DNA of 64,000 bases from Lophium mytilinum (taxonomy: Eukaryota): contig MU004197.1 in assembly GCA_010093605.1 (NCBI GenBank), positions 1,178,001-1,242,000 on the forward strand, read 5' to 3'. The notes under the pieces are model-generated. The model did no database searches, was not told where the DNA came from, and saw only the letters and a list, made by a program, of their open reading frames with translations. Below, in pieces: positions 48,002 through 60,949 of this stretch. Positions within the stretch are counted from its first letter, which is position 1; each line of letters begins with the position of its first letter. A program made the position numbers and the translations under genes.

Positions 48002-49980
48002 ATGGGAGCATCCCCGTCTATGAACCGGCGAACCTCAACTCCTCCTTTGTCAGAAGCCTTGACGATTGACGACGACCCGGACATCTCGACCTCCCTCCAC
48101 GACCGATTCTTTGCCTTCTCACGCGCCATGTCTGGCAACTTCGACTTCCCGCCGGCCTCGGATTCCCCGCTGGCTGCCCAAGCATCCATAGATAGCTCCA
48201 CGCTGCCTGGACGCCTGCAGCACCTCCGCCAGACCTTGCAACGCGACCGGGAGCGCGAGATCGCTGCCCGGGAGACGGCCGCCAACGAGCGCGAGCGCCA
48301 GAATGTGACAGTTGAAGTAGCAATGCCTTCACGGCGCTCTCGTGCGCGGCGGGGTCGAGCTCGGAACACAGAATCTGAAGACAGGGCTGCCCGCGAGAGA
48401 TCTCATCCCGCTCGTCTGGCCCCTTCGTCGTCTACCACACCCAGACCCAGGACCCGTGCCGTGCCTGGAGAGCGCTTCCAAAGCATGCGTCGTACGCGAA
48501 TGCAGCGAGAGCAGATGAACGACATGGCCGCCCTCGACGAGGCTACCGAGCGCCTTGCCTCAGTTAATTCCAATCTGGTTGACCTCCTCACGCCGCCGCT
48601 GTTGTCTCTCGGTACTCTCGGGAGTGGCAGCCGGAGGAGCCCGCCCGGAGAGCCTGATGGGCTTCTACGGCGCCCAAAGAGGAGGAAGCTAGAACATGAG
48701 AGTGAGGGCCTTTCTTTCGCGAACCCCAAGTACGGCCACTTTGGGCAGGTCGTGCCCGGGCGGTTGCGGATGGAGATCGTGAGCTGCGACGGAGGACAAT
48801 ATACCGAGGAATCTTCTTCAGCGCTTTACAGGCCCGAGAATGTGTTGAAGAATGATAGGAGTGTCTACTGCACCAAGAGCTCTCGATGCAACCTGCTGCT
48901 CAAGCATCAAGGCGAGACGACCTTCTGCTTAGAGAAGGTGGTCATAAAGGCTCCGGAACGTGGTTTCACGGCTCCGTACGTATCAGCCAGGTCTTGGCCA
49001 TGATTTTACTAATCTCCGTGATAGCATCCAAGAGGGCATGATCTTTGTCTCCATGGAGTCCGATGAACTCCTTAGCGGCACTGCCGGGTACCAGATCGAT
49101 TACAATAACAAGTCTGGCCTCCATTCATCTAACTCCTCCGCTAGCTCCCAAGACGAAGAAGAGATATCCCTCGCGGAGAGTCTCACAGATCCCGCGGTAT
49201 GGGCGGCTTCCCGTCTCGGTCGCGCCGAAGCTCTCGACCAGGAACGCGACTATGTAGAGATGCAGCACCAGCGGCTTCGATGGCAGCGTTCTCGTCGCCG
49301 GCTTCATGACGAACTCATGCATGAAGAACCCCGCCCACCTACCCGCCACGACTCTCCCTCAAACGCCACTATAAACATGGCCGACAACTGTGACTGGCCC
49401 GTAGCCGACTCAACCCACAGCTCTGCGGGCGTATCCGCTCCTACCCCACCCCCCTTCACCGTGACGACCGAGAGCGACGGCGACTCTAGCGAAGACGAGC
49501 AGCCCAGTGCCGCCGTCCTGAGAGACCGCTTACATCGCGACAGCCAATGGCGCGTAGACACTGACGATGAAGAAGACGCCGCCCGCGCAGCCTTCTGGGA
49601 GCCCCGTGATGGCCGCTTCGGCAGTTCTGGGTATCTCCGAGCAACACGACGCAGCACACCCAGTCGTATCGAGCCCAAAGACGCGTCGCCTGAAGCCGAC
49701 GGTTTGATCCCGCCGCATGCGAGATTCTTCATTGCGAAGCACAAGAACAAGATCACGGTCAAGTTTGACCCGCCAGTGTAAGCCCCATGCCCCGATCTCC
49801 CTTTCCTCCCCTGCCCGACTCCTTACCTACAAATGCTAAATTTCGCTGCTTTCCAGCTCTGGAAAGTTCGTGTTGCTGAAGCTCTGGAGCCCACAGCACA
49901 ACGGCAACATCGACATCGAGAGCGTGCTGTTCCACGGCTATTCTGGCCCGCGGTACTTCCCCTCGTGCCAGATGCGGTAG
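48002..49980 (+). CDS. Conserved-looking fungal hypothetical protein
   Basis: ORFs 48002-49003 and 48960-49781 joined by GT-AG introns. Globular blocks RMEIVSCDGG...ENVLKNDRSVYCT...KAPERGFTAP|IQEGMIFVS and KFDPPV|SGKFVLLKLWS...NIDIESV..GYSGPRYFP. Start codon uncertain. Confidence 0.75.
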
Positions 49981-50220
49981 CTTGACTTATGTAACTGCTT
50001 GGACACCACGGTAGACACAAAGTCAGGGTTGGCTTGATTGATATTAGCAGGTGCAGCATTGCCAGCACAAAGAGCGTGCTCTTCCTCGACTACTCTGGCC
50101 CGAGGTACTTCCCCTCGTACCAGATGCGGTAGCTGAACTCATGTAATTGTTTGGACATCACGATAGACCCAGAGTCAGTGTTGGCTTATTTGATGTTAGC
50201 GGGTGCAGCATAGCCAGCAC
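49919..50220 (+). repeat. Two-copy 152-bp tandem duplication of the gene's last ~20 codons and 3' UTR
   Basis: 49919-50068 aligns with 50071-50220 (AGAGCGTGCT...GCCAGCAC) with scattered substitutions. Confidence 0.9.
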
Positions 50221-50532
50221 GAATAATGAAAACCTAATTCACGATTGATGTCACTATTGAAATGCCAAGCACAAATTGATCGAATCTCTAACATTTTCAG
50301 CTAACTCCACTAGTCTCCTCACCACAGCGCTCATATCCAGCGCCAGCGCTCCGGGTATCATATATAATCGTGAATCATGCTCCACAGGCCCCCTATCCCT
50401 CATTCCATTGAGGGCAAAGGAAAATCACACACAGGCTACATCCCCGCTACTCTGCCCACTATCCCCCTTTCCATGGGGGGCAAAAAGAAATCACACCCGC
50501 TACATCCCCAATACTCTGCCCCAACCCCTCTC

Positions 50533-53500
50533 CTACAACTCAATAGCATCCTCCGCACTCGTACCCGCCTTTCCACCAAAACCCTCCCCATTCCCAAAAG
50601 CCGAACCAGACCCAGATCCCGACCCCGATCCCGAATTCTCGGGGCGCTCAAACCCCTCTTCGAACTCCTCGTCACTCGCCCACTCCATCTCCTCCCCGCC
50701 CTCACCCTCGTAGTACCCTCCGCTGTACTCGTCGCTATACTGCCCGCTCCCATAACTGCCCATCTCCTGCTCGGCCTCGTCTTCGGAATCGACAAAGAAC
50801 TCCGGCGTCGGCGCCTCCTCCGGTTCCGGCTTCGCGTCCGCCTCCTTCATCTTCCCCTTGCCCTTATCCTTCCTCCCCAGCCCAGAGGCGCGCAGCGCAG
50901 CGACGCCCTTGCCGTACAGCTCGCGCGGTACGAAGCGGCTGACGCGGCCGTAAAACGCCGGCTTGGGCGCCTCGGCCATCTTCCTCGCGGCGGTGGTGGT
51001 CTTCGCGACACCGTTGAGGACCGGTTTCTTCTGCTGGTGGTGCTGCTTCTTGGTGGCGTCGAGCGGCGACGTCTTTTTCTGCGCGGATGCCGAGCGCGAG
51101 CGGCTGAGCTGCGCCAGAGTCTCGCGGTAGAACTGCTCCGTCTCGTCGAACTCGGCGTAGATGCGCACGACGCTGGCGGCCATGGGGTCGGTGCGCGCCG
51201 CTTTGATCAGGTCCTCGGGCGCGGATTGGCGCCGGCCGCGACGCGCCGCCGCGGCGAGGTAGTTGTCGATTGGTGAGGCGTTACGGGCCGGGCGGCTGAG
51301 GCGGTCCATGATGGCCGTGATGCGGGCGTTGCGCTCCTCGTCCGTCTTGGGGGGTTGGGAGTAGCGGAAGCGGGCTCGTGCGGCGTCGTCGAAGAGAGCT
51401 GGGGGGCTGTATTGCGGGATGCGGGATGCTTGGAACCGCTTCGGCGGGCTGGCGGGTTGGCTGCCTGCTGAGGTGTCCGTGTCTGTCTCCGCGGCCCTGC
51501 TGCGCTTGCCGGTAGCTGGCTTGCTGCTCTTTGATTTGGTATACCCAGAACTCTTCATCCGGAAGTATTCCGACTGAGTTGCGTCACGGACCTCTTCCTT
51601 GCGAGGCCTAGCATCGGCTTGGTACGATGCGCGCAAGGAACTGGAATTGGAGCCAGTAGAAGCTCGTGATGCCTCCGCAGCTGTTCCTGATTGTGACTGT
51701 GTATGACCATGAGCGCTCTTACGCACAGGCTTGCAAGTAGAGCATAAACAGTTGGGACATACAGAGTGTCCGTTGACGTTGGAGCCATTCTTGTTTGAGA
51801 TCCCGTTCGTTTGTCCAGCTTCAACCGTGCTGCCTTGTGAGGTAGGCCTGTCGCGCTTTGAACGCCGCGATTTCGGAGGAGGCATGGTGCCATTCGAGGA
51901 GGAAGGGATATTGGTGACATCATTGAGAGGAGTCGCCATTGAAGCTCTCTTGATCTTTGCGCGACGTTCGGCTCCGCGACGGATCACCTTCTTCTTGTAG
52001 GCATTCTCCCACCATAGTCGGCCATATTTGTCTGCAAGCTTCAAGGTGCGGAACTTTACTGCTTCCTGAAGCGCTTTTTCTTCCTCGAATTTCTTCATCT
52101 CTTCAATGATAATGCCCTCCATGAAGTGTTCGCGGAACTGCTTCAGGATGCCATTAGCCTCGTCCATGACCAGTTCTTCTGCGAAAACATCCAAGGCTCG
52201 ATCTCTTTCGGCCTGGACTGATTCTTTTCCGGGAACGAGTTGTGTGGGGACTTCTAATGGCGCCGCAGGCTGCACAAAACTCGTAGCGGGCTGCTCCGGT
52301 TCCTGATGCTGTGGAATCGGCATTGGAACTGGCGGTGCCGCTGGAGGTGTCGTGAACGTCCACGATGGGGCCGCTGGCTGTGCAAAACTCGTAGCGGGCT
52401 GCTGCGGTTCCTGATGCTGTGGAACTGGCATTGGAACTGGCGGTGCTGCTGGAGGTGGTGTGAATGTCCACGATGGGGCCGCTGGCTGTGCAAGACTCGT
52501 ACGGTGCTGCTCCGGTTCATGCTGCTGTGGAATTGGCATTGGAAACAGCGGTGCTGCAGGGAGAGGTGTGGAGGCTTCCGCCGGCGCCACTGGCTGTGCA
52601 AAGCTCGTACGATGCTGCTCCGGTTCATGCTGCTGTGGAATTGGCATTGGAAACAGAGGTACTGCTGGAAGCGTTGTGGGGGCTTCCGCCGGCGCCGCTG
52701 GCTGTGCAAAGCTCATACGGTGCTGCTCCGGTTCATGATGCGATGGAGTAGGCATTGGCGGTGGTGCTGGAAATGGTGACGGCGTCCACGACGGAGTTGA
52801 TGCTGGGACAAAGCTCGTTGCGGGCTGTACAGGTTTCAGTGGCACGAAGGGGAATCCGGCAGGCTTTTCCGGGGCTCCAAAAGGAGCGGCAGTAGCAGAC
52901 GAAATAGACGGCTGTCCGAAGGTTGCCCAACCAGACGCTGTATTTGGCGTAGCAGTAGCAGGAGGCGGGAAAAGTGGTCCGCCTAGGCGTAGCTTTGGAG
53001 TTACTTTTGGGGAGTCCAGGGGTACTGGAACGGTTCCAAATGAGATGCCGACAGCAGGGGCAGGGGCAGTCGGCGTAATAGATGGCGTTCCAAATGGGAT
53101 GGCGACAGCAGGGGCAGTAGGCGTAGTAGACTGCGTTCCCAGAGACTCTGATCGAGCCAGAAACCTGTTGATGTCATTCTTGTCCGAAGAGGCTCGTCGC
53201 TGTACGAGGGGCTCAGAATCGACTTCGTCGGATTCTTCGTCTGAGCCAACGAACAGCGACTTGTCTTCGTTCAAAACTTCTTCTTCTAAATTCTCAGTTA
53301 GTACATGATCCGAATACATTAGATTGGAATTCTGCGCTTCTAGGACCGACAAACCCTGTATGATTGCTGAAGCCTTCCTCAACTCTCTCCTCTTTCCAGC
53401 TTGCCTTCCACGCATCTGGGGTGGAAGCCCTCCTGGGGTTTCCAGTGAGCGGTTTCCGATAGATGATGGATCGACAAACTCCGAAGTGCCATCAGCAGTT

Positions 53501-55171
53501 TTACAGATTTTGAATCCGTAAGTCACACAGAGCGCCCGAACCTGTCTCAGGTCATCCAATCCAAGTATCTTTCCCATCTCTTCCAGCGTCCAATCTTCCG
53601 GACGCTTCTTTCCGCCCTGCTTGAACCCTCTAACGAAGGACTTCAGGACCATATCCCGGATGGGCATGGCGCAGATTTCCGCGGTAGCTACCATAAGGAA
53701 CGAGTACGCGTCGGAGTTGAGTTCTGACCAGAAGTCTGCCCAGTCGTCGCGGGCGAAAGATGGTTTCCTAGGGGGTTGCAGCGGGCCAATCTTCTTGGTG
53801 CCTTTCAGCCCGGCATTGTAGATGTCGACAGCTTTTCTAACCCTCTTGTCATTGACAATGTGGAAAGGCCACGTCGAGATATGGTCCTCGATATTGGGTA
53901 CCGGGGTCTTCATGCATAGGATTACCTGGTAGGCGCGGAATTCAGCTTCGTGTGGAGACTGATAGCTTTTGCCCCGGTTATCGCTGTAGTAGGCATCCAG
54001 TGACAACAGCGTCTTGTCCATCTGTTCGTAATCCTGAGCCCAAGAGTAGTCTGAAGCGTCGTTGTCGTCGCCTGACATCTCGTGCATGGACAAAATATGA
54101 AATCGAACGATTTGTTCGAAACATTCGATAGCGATCTTCACATCTTCATCTCTCGTGACTTGCTGGATAGAGAAGTCGTTGCGGACAGCACGAGTCCTGT
54201 CCCAGATGAAGGTCTGTACGTCTTTCAACTTGAAGTCGCTGAGGAGCGAGCAAAATAGGTAGTCGAGTGTCTGCTTGAGAACCGTGGGAGGGCGAAGATC
54301 AGAAGGTAGCTGTTCCTCATTCCCAGCAGCCGAACGCCTGAACTTCTTGACCATGCGGTACTCGTCGAAAACTCGCGCAGAGCGGCCGAAGAGCAAGCTC
54401 AGCGGTTCGTTCTCGTGGGCGTGGACATCGTTCTGGACGATCCGCTGCACTCGCTCAAACTCCGGACACATATCCCGACACTCTCCAACGAGGGTGATGG
54501 CATCCTTAAGGCTCCTGGGCTTCTCGGGGTCTTGCATTTTACCGGTGGCGATGTAATTGCGGCGCATCTTTTCGCGCTGTTCCCTTAGCTATAGCGCGGG
54601 CGCGATTGTTAGCAGCAGGCCCCTCACTCGGAGAGGTGAGGAGGATGCAGCTCACCTTTTCCCATCGCTTGTCCATGCCGTTCCTCTGCTTCAAGGCTAG
54701 GTCAATGAAAGACCTCTCTTCTCCCGAAATCGTGCTATCATTGAGCCGTTTCTCCAATGCTTCAGCGACGAAAGACCTTCCTTCGCCCGAGGTCATCTCA
54801 CTTCCTAGTTCCGTGGCGTCGGTAGTATAAGCAGCTTGTCTTGAGTCCTCGTCGGTATCCGTCATTCGCCAGCCCTCGTCAGCCTCCGCAGTCGATGATC
54901 TTGACCTCGTCTGATTGCGGCGGCCGTTCCACTGGGTATCGCGATTCTTGTTCTTGCGTGGATCACGTTGATTTCTTGAGTTTGAAGCCGGTCCAGTAGG
55001 TGCATTCGAACCACCGCGGGCTTTTCCGCCTCCGTTGACTCGCTGCGACCGGGGGCCTGATGGCGGCGGCATCGTGTTCGCTCCATCTCCTTTCGGGGCT
55101 CGGAAATTGTTCGTAGAACGGTCGTCACTCCGCGACGCGTTCGAGCTTCCTCCTCCGCGGTCTCCTCTCAT
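50533..55171 (-). CDS. SAC3: SAC3/GANP domain mRNA export factor (TREX-2 scaffold)
   Basis: LVGECRDMCPEFER, MVKKFRRSAAG...LPSDLRP, FIWDRTRAVRNDFSIQ, EAEFRAY; one intron near 54588-54655. Confidence 0.9.
52250..52760 (-). repeat. Coding minisatellite in SAC3 (about five 34-35 aa units PMPIPQ.(H/Q)EPEQ..TSFAQPAAP)
   Basis: Repeats visible in both DNA and translation of ORF 50533-54567. Confidence 0.9.
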
Positions 55172-56823
55172 CCTGGCGAGCTGCGGTGTTGGATGTCGCT
55201 CATGCGCTGCAGGCGGGGGATCGCGCCGGTGGAAGGGTGGCTCGCTGGAGCGAGCGGTAGGTTTGGTGGGTATGTGCTGGTGAAGCAGAAGTAGTTGCGA
55301 AAACTTTCTTTGAGGATGGTGGTGGGTTGGAATGGTGGATGGTGTTGCAATGAAGTTCGACAGACACGACCTGTCGACAGGGATCGGCGCCTCGGGGCAC
55401 GGACCACGCGCTATTGTTCTTATTGACGACTTGCTATTGTTCAATTTATTATACTTTCACGCCGTTCTATTGGTCCACTCTCGACTTTCTATTCCTGCTA
55501 TTCACAGGCCTCTATCGCTCTATTCATCACGTCACTCCCCACGAAGTCTACTCAAAGCTACCCACGTGATCCCCGCAGGACGCACCAATTCACCGATGCA
55601 TGGCGCCCACAGATCTGAGAGAAAATGGGGCCCCCAGCAAACTGGCATATAGAAACTAAACAGTCCCTCCAAACGCGTCTCAAAACATTGAATCTCCGCA
55701 AGCACATAACATCTTCTAACTCACTCTTAAATTTTCAAATACGCTTAAGCTGAGCATCGGGGCCAATGAGTTAACTCGCTAGGCGACATCAGACGGTGGT
55801 GTGTAAAATATCGAGCTGTATCTAACACAGAATGACATTGCAGCGCAATCCCAAATGCATGTGCAGTAGTCGACGATCTGTATGACATACTTCCAATCAT
55901 TTCACGCACCATAAACCACTAACCCAGCCGTATGCAATCACGTTGTAGAATACCGAAACGGGCTCTGATTACACTATACTAGCCACTCAATAGCAGCAGT
56001 AATCAGTTAATCAATCAACCAATCAATCATCATCCTTCTCCCTCCCCTATCTCTCCAATTCCTGATATTCTTCCTCCCGCACCGCTGAAGCGCATACTCC
56101 CCACCCCCTCAACCAAGAATTCCCGAAACTAACCAATACAATTACCATTAAATTCCAATTCCGAAACAAAATACACATACAGGGCCTACCCCGCCATTTT
56201 CCCCGCCCTTGGAAAAAGCCGCTCTAATAAGCGCTTTTTTTAGTTTGTACAACAAGGTAAACCTGTATGTATGTATGCTGACGCTCCCCAATGATAGATC
56301 AAAAAAAAGCCATGGTAGAATGAATAAACTGAACTGTGTGTGCACAGGGGAATACCGTTATAGACAGGAGATGAACCGAGCAAGACGCTGCAACGCTTTT
56401 TGGGGGTAAGGATATGTATGTGAGGCAATCGCAAATGAGGCCGCTAGTAGAAAAACCGCCATGGAAGCAAGACTGTCGTAAGGGGTCGTTGGTAACATTA
56501 CAGCAAAGGGATGCTGGATGTTCGGTGAGAATATGAGATGTGATGCGTAGAGATTGGGTCCGAGGGGGAGAAACGGGGTGAAGCTCAAAGCGATTTGATG
56601 TGCGGGTGTGGGAAGAATTCGATGATGAGCATAAGGTGAGCATTCCAGAGAATGGTCGCAAAGAGACTAGATCCGCCGAGAAATGTTGCAAGCGGTGGCG
56701 CCAGCACCGACTCCAGGAGTCTGACGAGCAAGGGAATACTACGATTCTGCTGACCGCGGAGGAGGAAAATGCCGGATCGTTTTTTTCGAATCTGCGTTGG
56801 TGCCAAAACGGCTGGGTGCGCAA

Positions 56824-59124
56824 CTATTGATACTGATTGTGCCCATTTATCGAGAAAGATTGCAGACCAGCTCTTGATATCTCGCGGTACTGCGTTTCTT
56901 GAAACGGACTAGACGTGCTGAGCGGTAATTGGGTGTTTGCCGTCTGGAACCCATTTGCTCCTGTCTGGCTATAAGTCCGTGTCATCGCTGGTGGCGCCAT
57001 CGACATCGGGCTCGCTACTGGAATCGTGTCCTGATAGGGGGCGGTACTTGTCATCAGGTCCTGTGCTTGGAATGAGAAGTCGCCTCTACCAGGAAAGGTA
57101 GACTCGGTGACTTGATAATTGCCGTTCAAGGAATTATGCCGCGGTGGGAATGAGGCAGTCACGTTGTACGCCGGCTGTAGATTTGAGTTGTTCTGCCAGC
57201 CGGCGAAGGGTGGAGGCGGCTGGGCGACGTCGTATTGTTGGCTGCGGGGCGTTTGGTGGTAGTCCATACCAAAACCTTCGTATGAGCTTACGGAGGGTTT
57301 AGCGTTAAAGTCGAACGAATGGCGAGCTCTTATATGTGAATGCTCGGGGTCCAGAAGGCCAGTCGTCAGAAGGCCGTGATACGAATGGCCGCGGAAAGGC
57401 TGATGTGGAGCATTTGCACGCGGCAATGTTGCTACTGCATGTTCACTCTGAGGCATTGTGCTTGGTGTTCCGCTGAGGAAATGCCTCGGTGGTTCTTCAA
57501 GCCGGTGGGGAGACCGAATTCCATAGCTCGAGTCATCGCGGAGGTTCAGGTTGTTGGCGGGAGAGAGAAGCTCAGATGGACTGCTCCCACTGTTGGGACT
57601 TGTCGTCGTCGAAGTGGCACGACTATGCCTTGGTGACACTTGAACCGAGCTGTTGGTGCGCCGCTTCTTCTTGCCACTTTTCGTGGTCACGCAGGAGAGG
57701 TCAGGGGCGGTGACCTTCGAATCGGCGTCTGCAACGATAAGCAATCTGCCAAGAGTATATAATGGAAAAACAGTGACTTACCAATGCATCCAAAGTAGAA
57801 ATCCTCCTCGTATTTAGCAATGAGGAATATGTTGCATAGAATCCTCTTTCTTCTCTGTTCGCGCTCAAGCTCTTTGGAATCGTTCTTATCCGAGCAGAAG
57901 TATAGCGAGACACGTCTGGACTCGAATTCAAGCTTATCCACCCAATTGCTACCACGGTCTCTCAGACGAAGTAACGCAAGTGCAACCGCAGTCCGGCCTA
58001 TAGCAGTTAGCTTAGTCTTTACAAGTGTCTGGGCGGCGCATATTGTACCGGCCTTGTTGTTGTGGTGCGGCTCGATGTAGTCGGACTCCTCAATCGGCCA
58101 CCATTGGGGAATTCGTGGGCCGGTCTTGTTCCTTTTCCGCTCTCCTTTGGTCGTCTTTTTACTGTACGGAAAGTTGGACTGCTTCTTTGGCTCGGCCACC
58201 TTGATCCACTCAGTCTCGAGCGCCTTCAGACTAATCTGCTGGAGTTGGTCAAGGAGCCTCCGGAGGGCCCATTTCACGCATTCCGAGTCGCTGATCTGGA
58301 ACGTAAAGTCGCCTCTGACGGGAAAAGCTCGTTGTTGCGGAGCAGCCGGGGCAGCGATTTCGCTAATAGACTCAGCCGACAAACTATGGCTGGAGTGCCG
58401 GCGTTTTCGGGGTGTTAGATTCAGCGCGGGCTGAGCATCTCGGCCACGGTTCCTGCGCGGTTTCGACGAAAGAACGAGGGTTCTCTTCGATGCAGATAGC
58501 GGGGCTGCCGGGCAACTTTCGTCATCCGCGTCCGAAGGCGTCATGGCCATGGGCTCATGGTCGACGTTGTCAGAAGTCGGAGCAACTTCAGGCACCGGGC
58601 TTGGAGCTGTGGCCTGGGTGGTAGCTTGACGGGCGGCAGAAGCACGAACAGCAGCATCCTGAATTCGCTGCCAGCCATCCTCGTGGAACAGCACACTCTT
58701 GTGGCGATCGATGTTGGTCGAGGAATGGTAGGAAGGCGGATGCTTGGTGTCGTGCAGGATAGTCAGGGCCCAAGCACTGTAGCCGGAGTCGGCCAGGGCC
58801 TTTTCGAGTGCCGGATCGAGGGCGATCTGGTCATCGGCCGTATTAGTGGGCGCAAGTGCCAACTTTATTGCTCCACGCTCTCGAAGTGTAGGTAGCTACG
58901 GTAGCGTAGCCGTAAGTTACGCCGTGAACGTGGGGCGGGGGGAAGAGCGGGAGCGGGAGCTAGCAAAGCGGGGCTGGACGTACCGATGAAGGCTGCTGCA
59001 CCTTCGTCCTGCTGATTGCCATTGCCTGAGACGGTCCATCCTCCTGCCTGCTCGGGAAGATGCCTGGCTTGCCGCGGGGCCCCTGGTTGGGGATGCTGCC
59101 GTTCTCCTCTCCAAAAAATACCAT
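56824..59124 (-). CDS. DUF2841 / YDR124W-like protein
   Basis: LDQLQQISLKALETEWIKVAEPKKQSNFPY...PQWWP....YIEPHH motif; ORFs 57687-58862 and 56824-57744 joined by introns; probable first exon MVFFGEEN from 59124. Confidence 0.72.
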
Positions 59125-60949
59125 GGTAGAGCGTGGTGGCCTTGCTGCGGTGCCGGGCCGGCGGGCGTGGCCGTGTGAGACGGACCAGCGAAGCGAGAGC
59201 ACCAGCTTCTGGATCCTACAGCACACGCGGAAACCGATCGAGTGGTAAAGCGATGGGACTGTCGTCAACCGTCAGTGTCTCCATGATCAAGCCACGAAAC
59301 TGCTGTCCGGGGCAGACGGACGAGGGGAGAGCGAGGGGTTGCCACCGGCGTCTTCTGCAATCGTTTTCAACGTCAACGGCACGAGGCAGATCCCTACTAG
59401 ATCCTCATCGTACCCAGACTGGCGGGACTTACTCCAACTGTTCGTTTCTCTCGATGCCTCAAGCGGTGGCCGGGTGCCCGTGGGCGGCCTGCGAGCGGCG
59501 TAGAACGCAACAGCGGGTCTGGTGGCAGAGAAAGATATAGCGAGTGTCAGCGAGACGACCAGACGCAGCCCCCTCTTCAGCAGCGGCCGAGCAGGTGATC
59601 GGGACTGCAACGAGGGACAGCACCCTGCGCTGGGGCGATTGGTTGTGGGAAGAACGAGCAGGCAGGCAGGCCGAGTGGTACGACGAGGGTATTGCAGAGC
59701 CCCGGCTGTTGGTTGCGGAAGAATGGCTAGCAGGACCCAGGTGCACGTCGACTCGCAGCACCAGACGGGACAGCAGAAGGAGCTCAGAGCGCAATGGCTC
59801 AGGTCGGGATCCTAGGCAGGGCGCTGCTTAAGAAGCCCGCTGCCCAACTCGACGCCAGGCTGCCCTAGAGAAGAAACCTCTGTGCGTTGCCATGGGCCGT
59901 GACGACGGCAGCAAGGCGAGGCTGCAAGCCATGCGACTCGCCAGCGCTGAAGCCCGCGGATCCAACGTGCGTCAACTGTACCGTGGTAAATCGAGACGCA
60001 GGCTGCTGCGAGCGTCGAGAGGGCGGCATCTCGATCTTCCATCGCTGACATGGTGTGTGAGAAGCATGCCGCCACGGTCAGGGTGCTGAAGGACGCCCAT
60101 TGCACGGCCCGTAGCATCTTGCCGCCGCAACGCGCCTGGTTGGCTGACGGAAGCCGGTAGAGGTTCCGCGCACAGTCGATCGCGTCTGGTCGGTGTACCT
60201 GGGCGCAACGCCTGGCGGGGATCGTGAATGCCATGCAGCTCTCCAGCAGGGGCTACAGTTTAGATTGCCTGTATCTTGGCGGCAAACATTTTATAATGCC
60301 TATAAACGCCTCCAGGACGCCAGATTAACACGCCTATACTAATTAAGGCCTAGTAACTAGTTCCTAGGCCCGTTTAAGTATTAGCTCTATTATTTTATAT
60401 TATAAAGGTGTTTTTAGCTACTATATAACTCTATATAGGCCTTAGCTATAGTATTAAGGTATAATTTCTTATATACTTTATATACTATATACTACTATTA
60501 TTATTATAATAGCTTTTAGGCCTCTATATAAGCTTATAAATTAAACTAGGCTTAATAGATTTATTTTTAATAGATAGCCGCCTTTAAGGCCCTTCTAGAG
60601 GCGCTTAATAAGTACTAAATTATCTAAAATAGTAATAGATATATATATTAAGCTATAGAAAATATAGCTAAGCTACTATACTATAGAAAGCTATAGAGAA
60701 GTAGATTTAAAGGCTTTATAGGCCTTATCTAGTTAAAAGAGCTATAGACTAACTTTTACTATAGCTATACTAAGAATCTATTTACCTATATTTCTATACT
60801 ATATTAGTAATAAAAAAGTAATAAAAATTAATAGATTTTAATACTATAAAGCTATAAGAACTTACTATATAGAGGCCCTTTCTATACCTTTTTAAAGGCC
60901 TTAATTTATTCTTTCTATTTTATATAGCCTCTTATATAGCCTTTTATAT

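Noticed and set aside
50377..51276. 299-aa plus-strand ORF
   Set aside because: Antisense to the GC-rich 3' end of SAC3.
59125..60240. Short overlapping ORFs upstream of the DUF2841 gene
   Set aside because: GC-rich upstream region; ORFs lack motifs or consistent splice structure.
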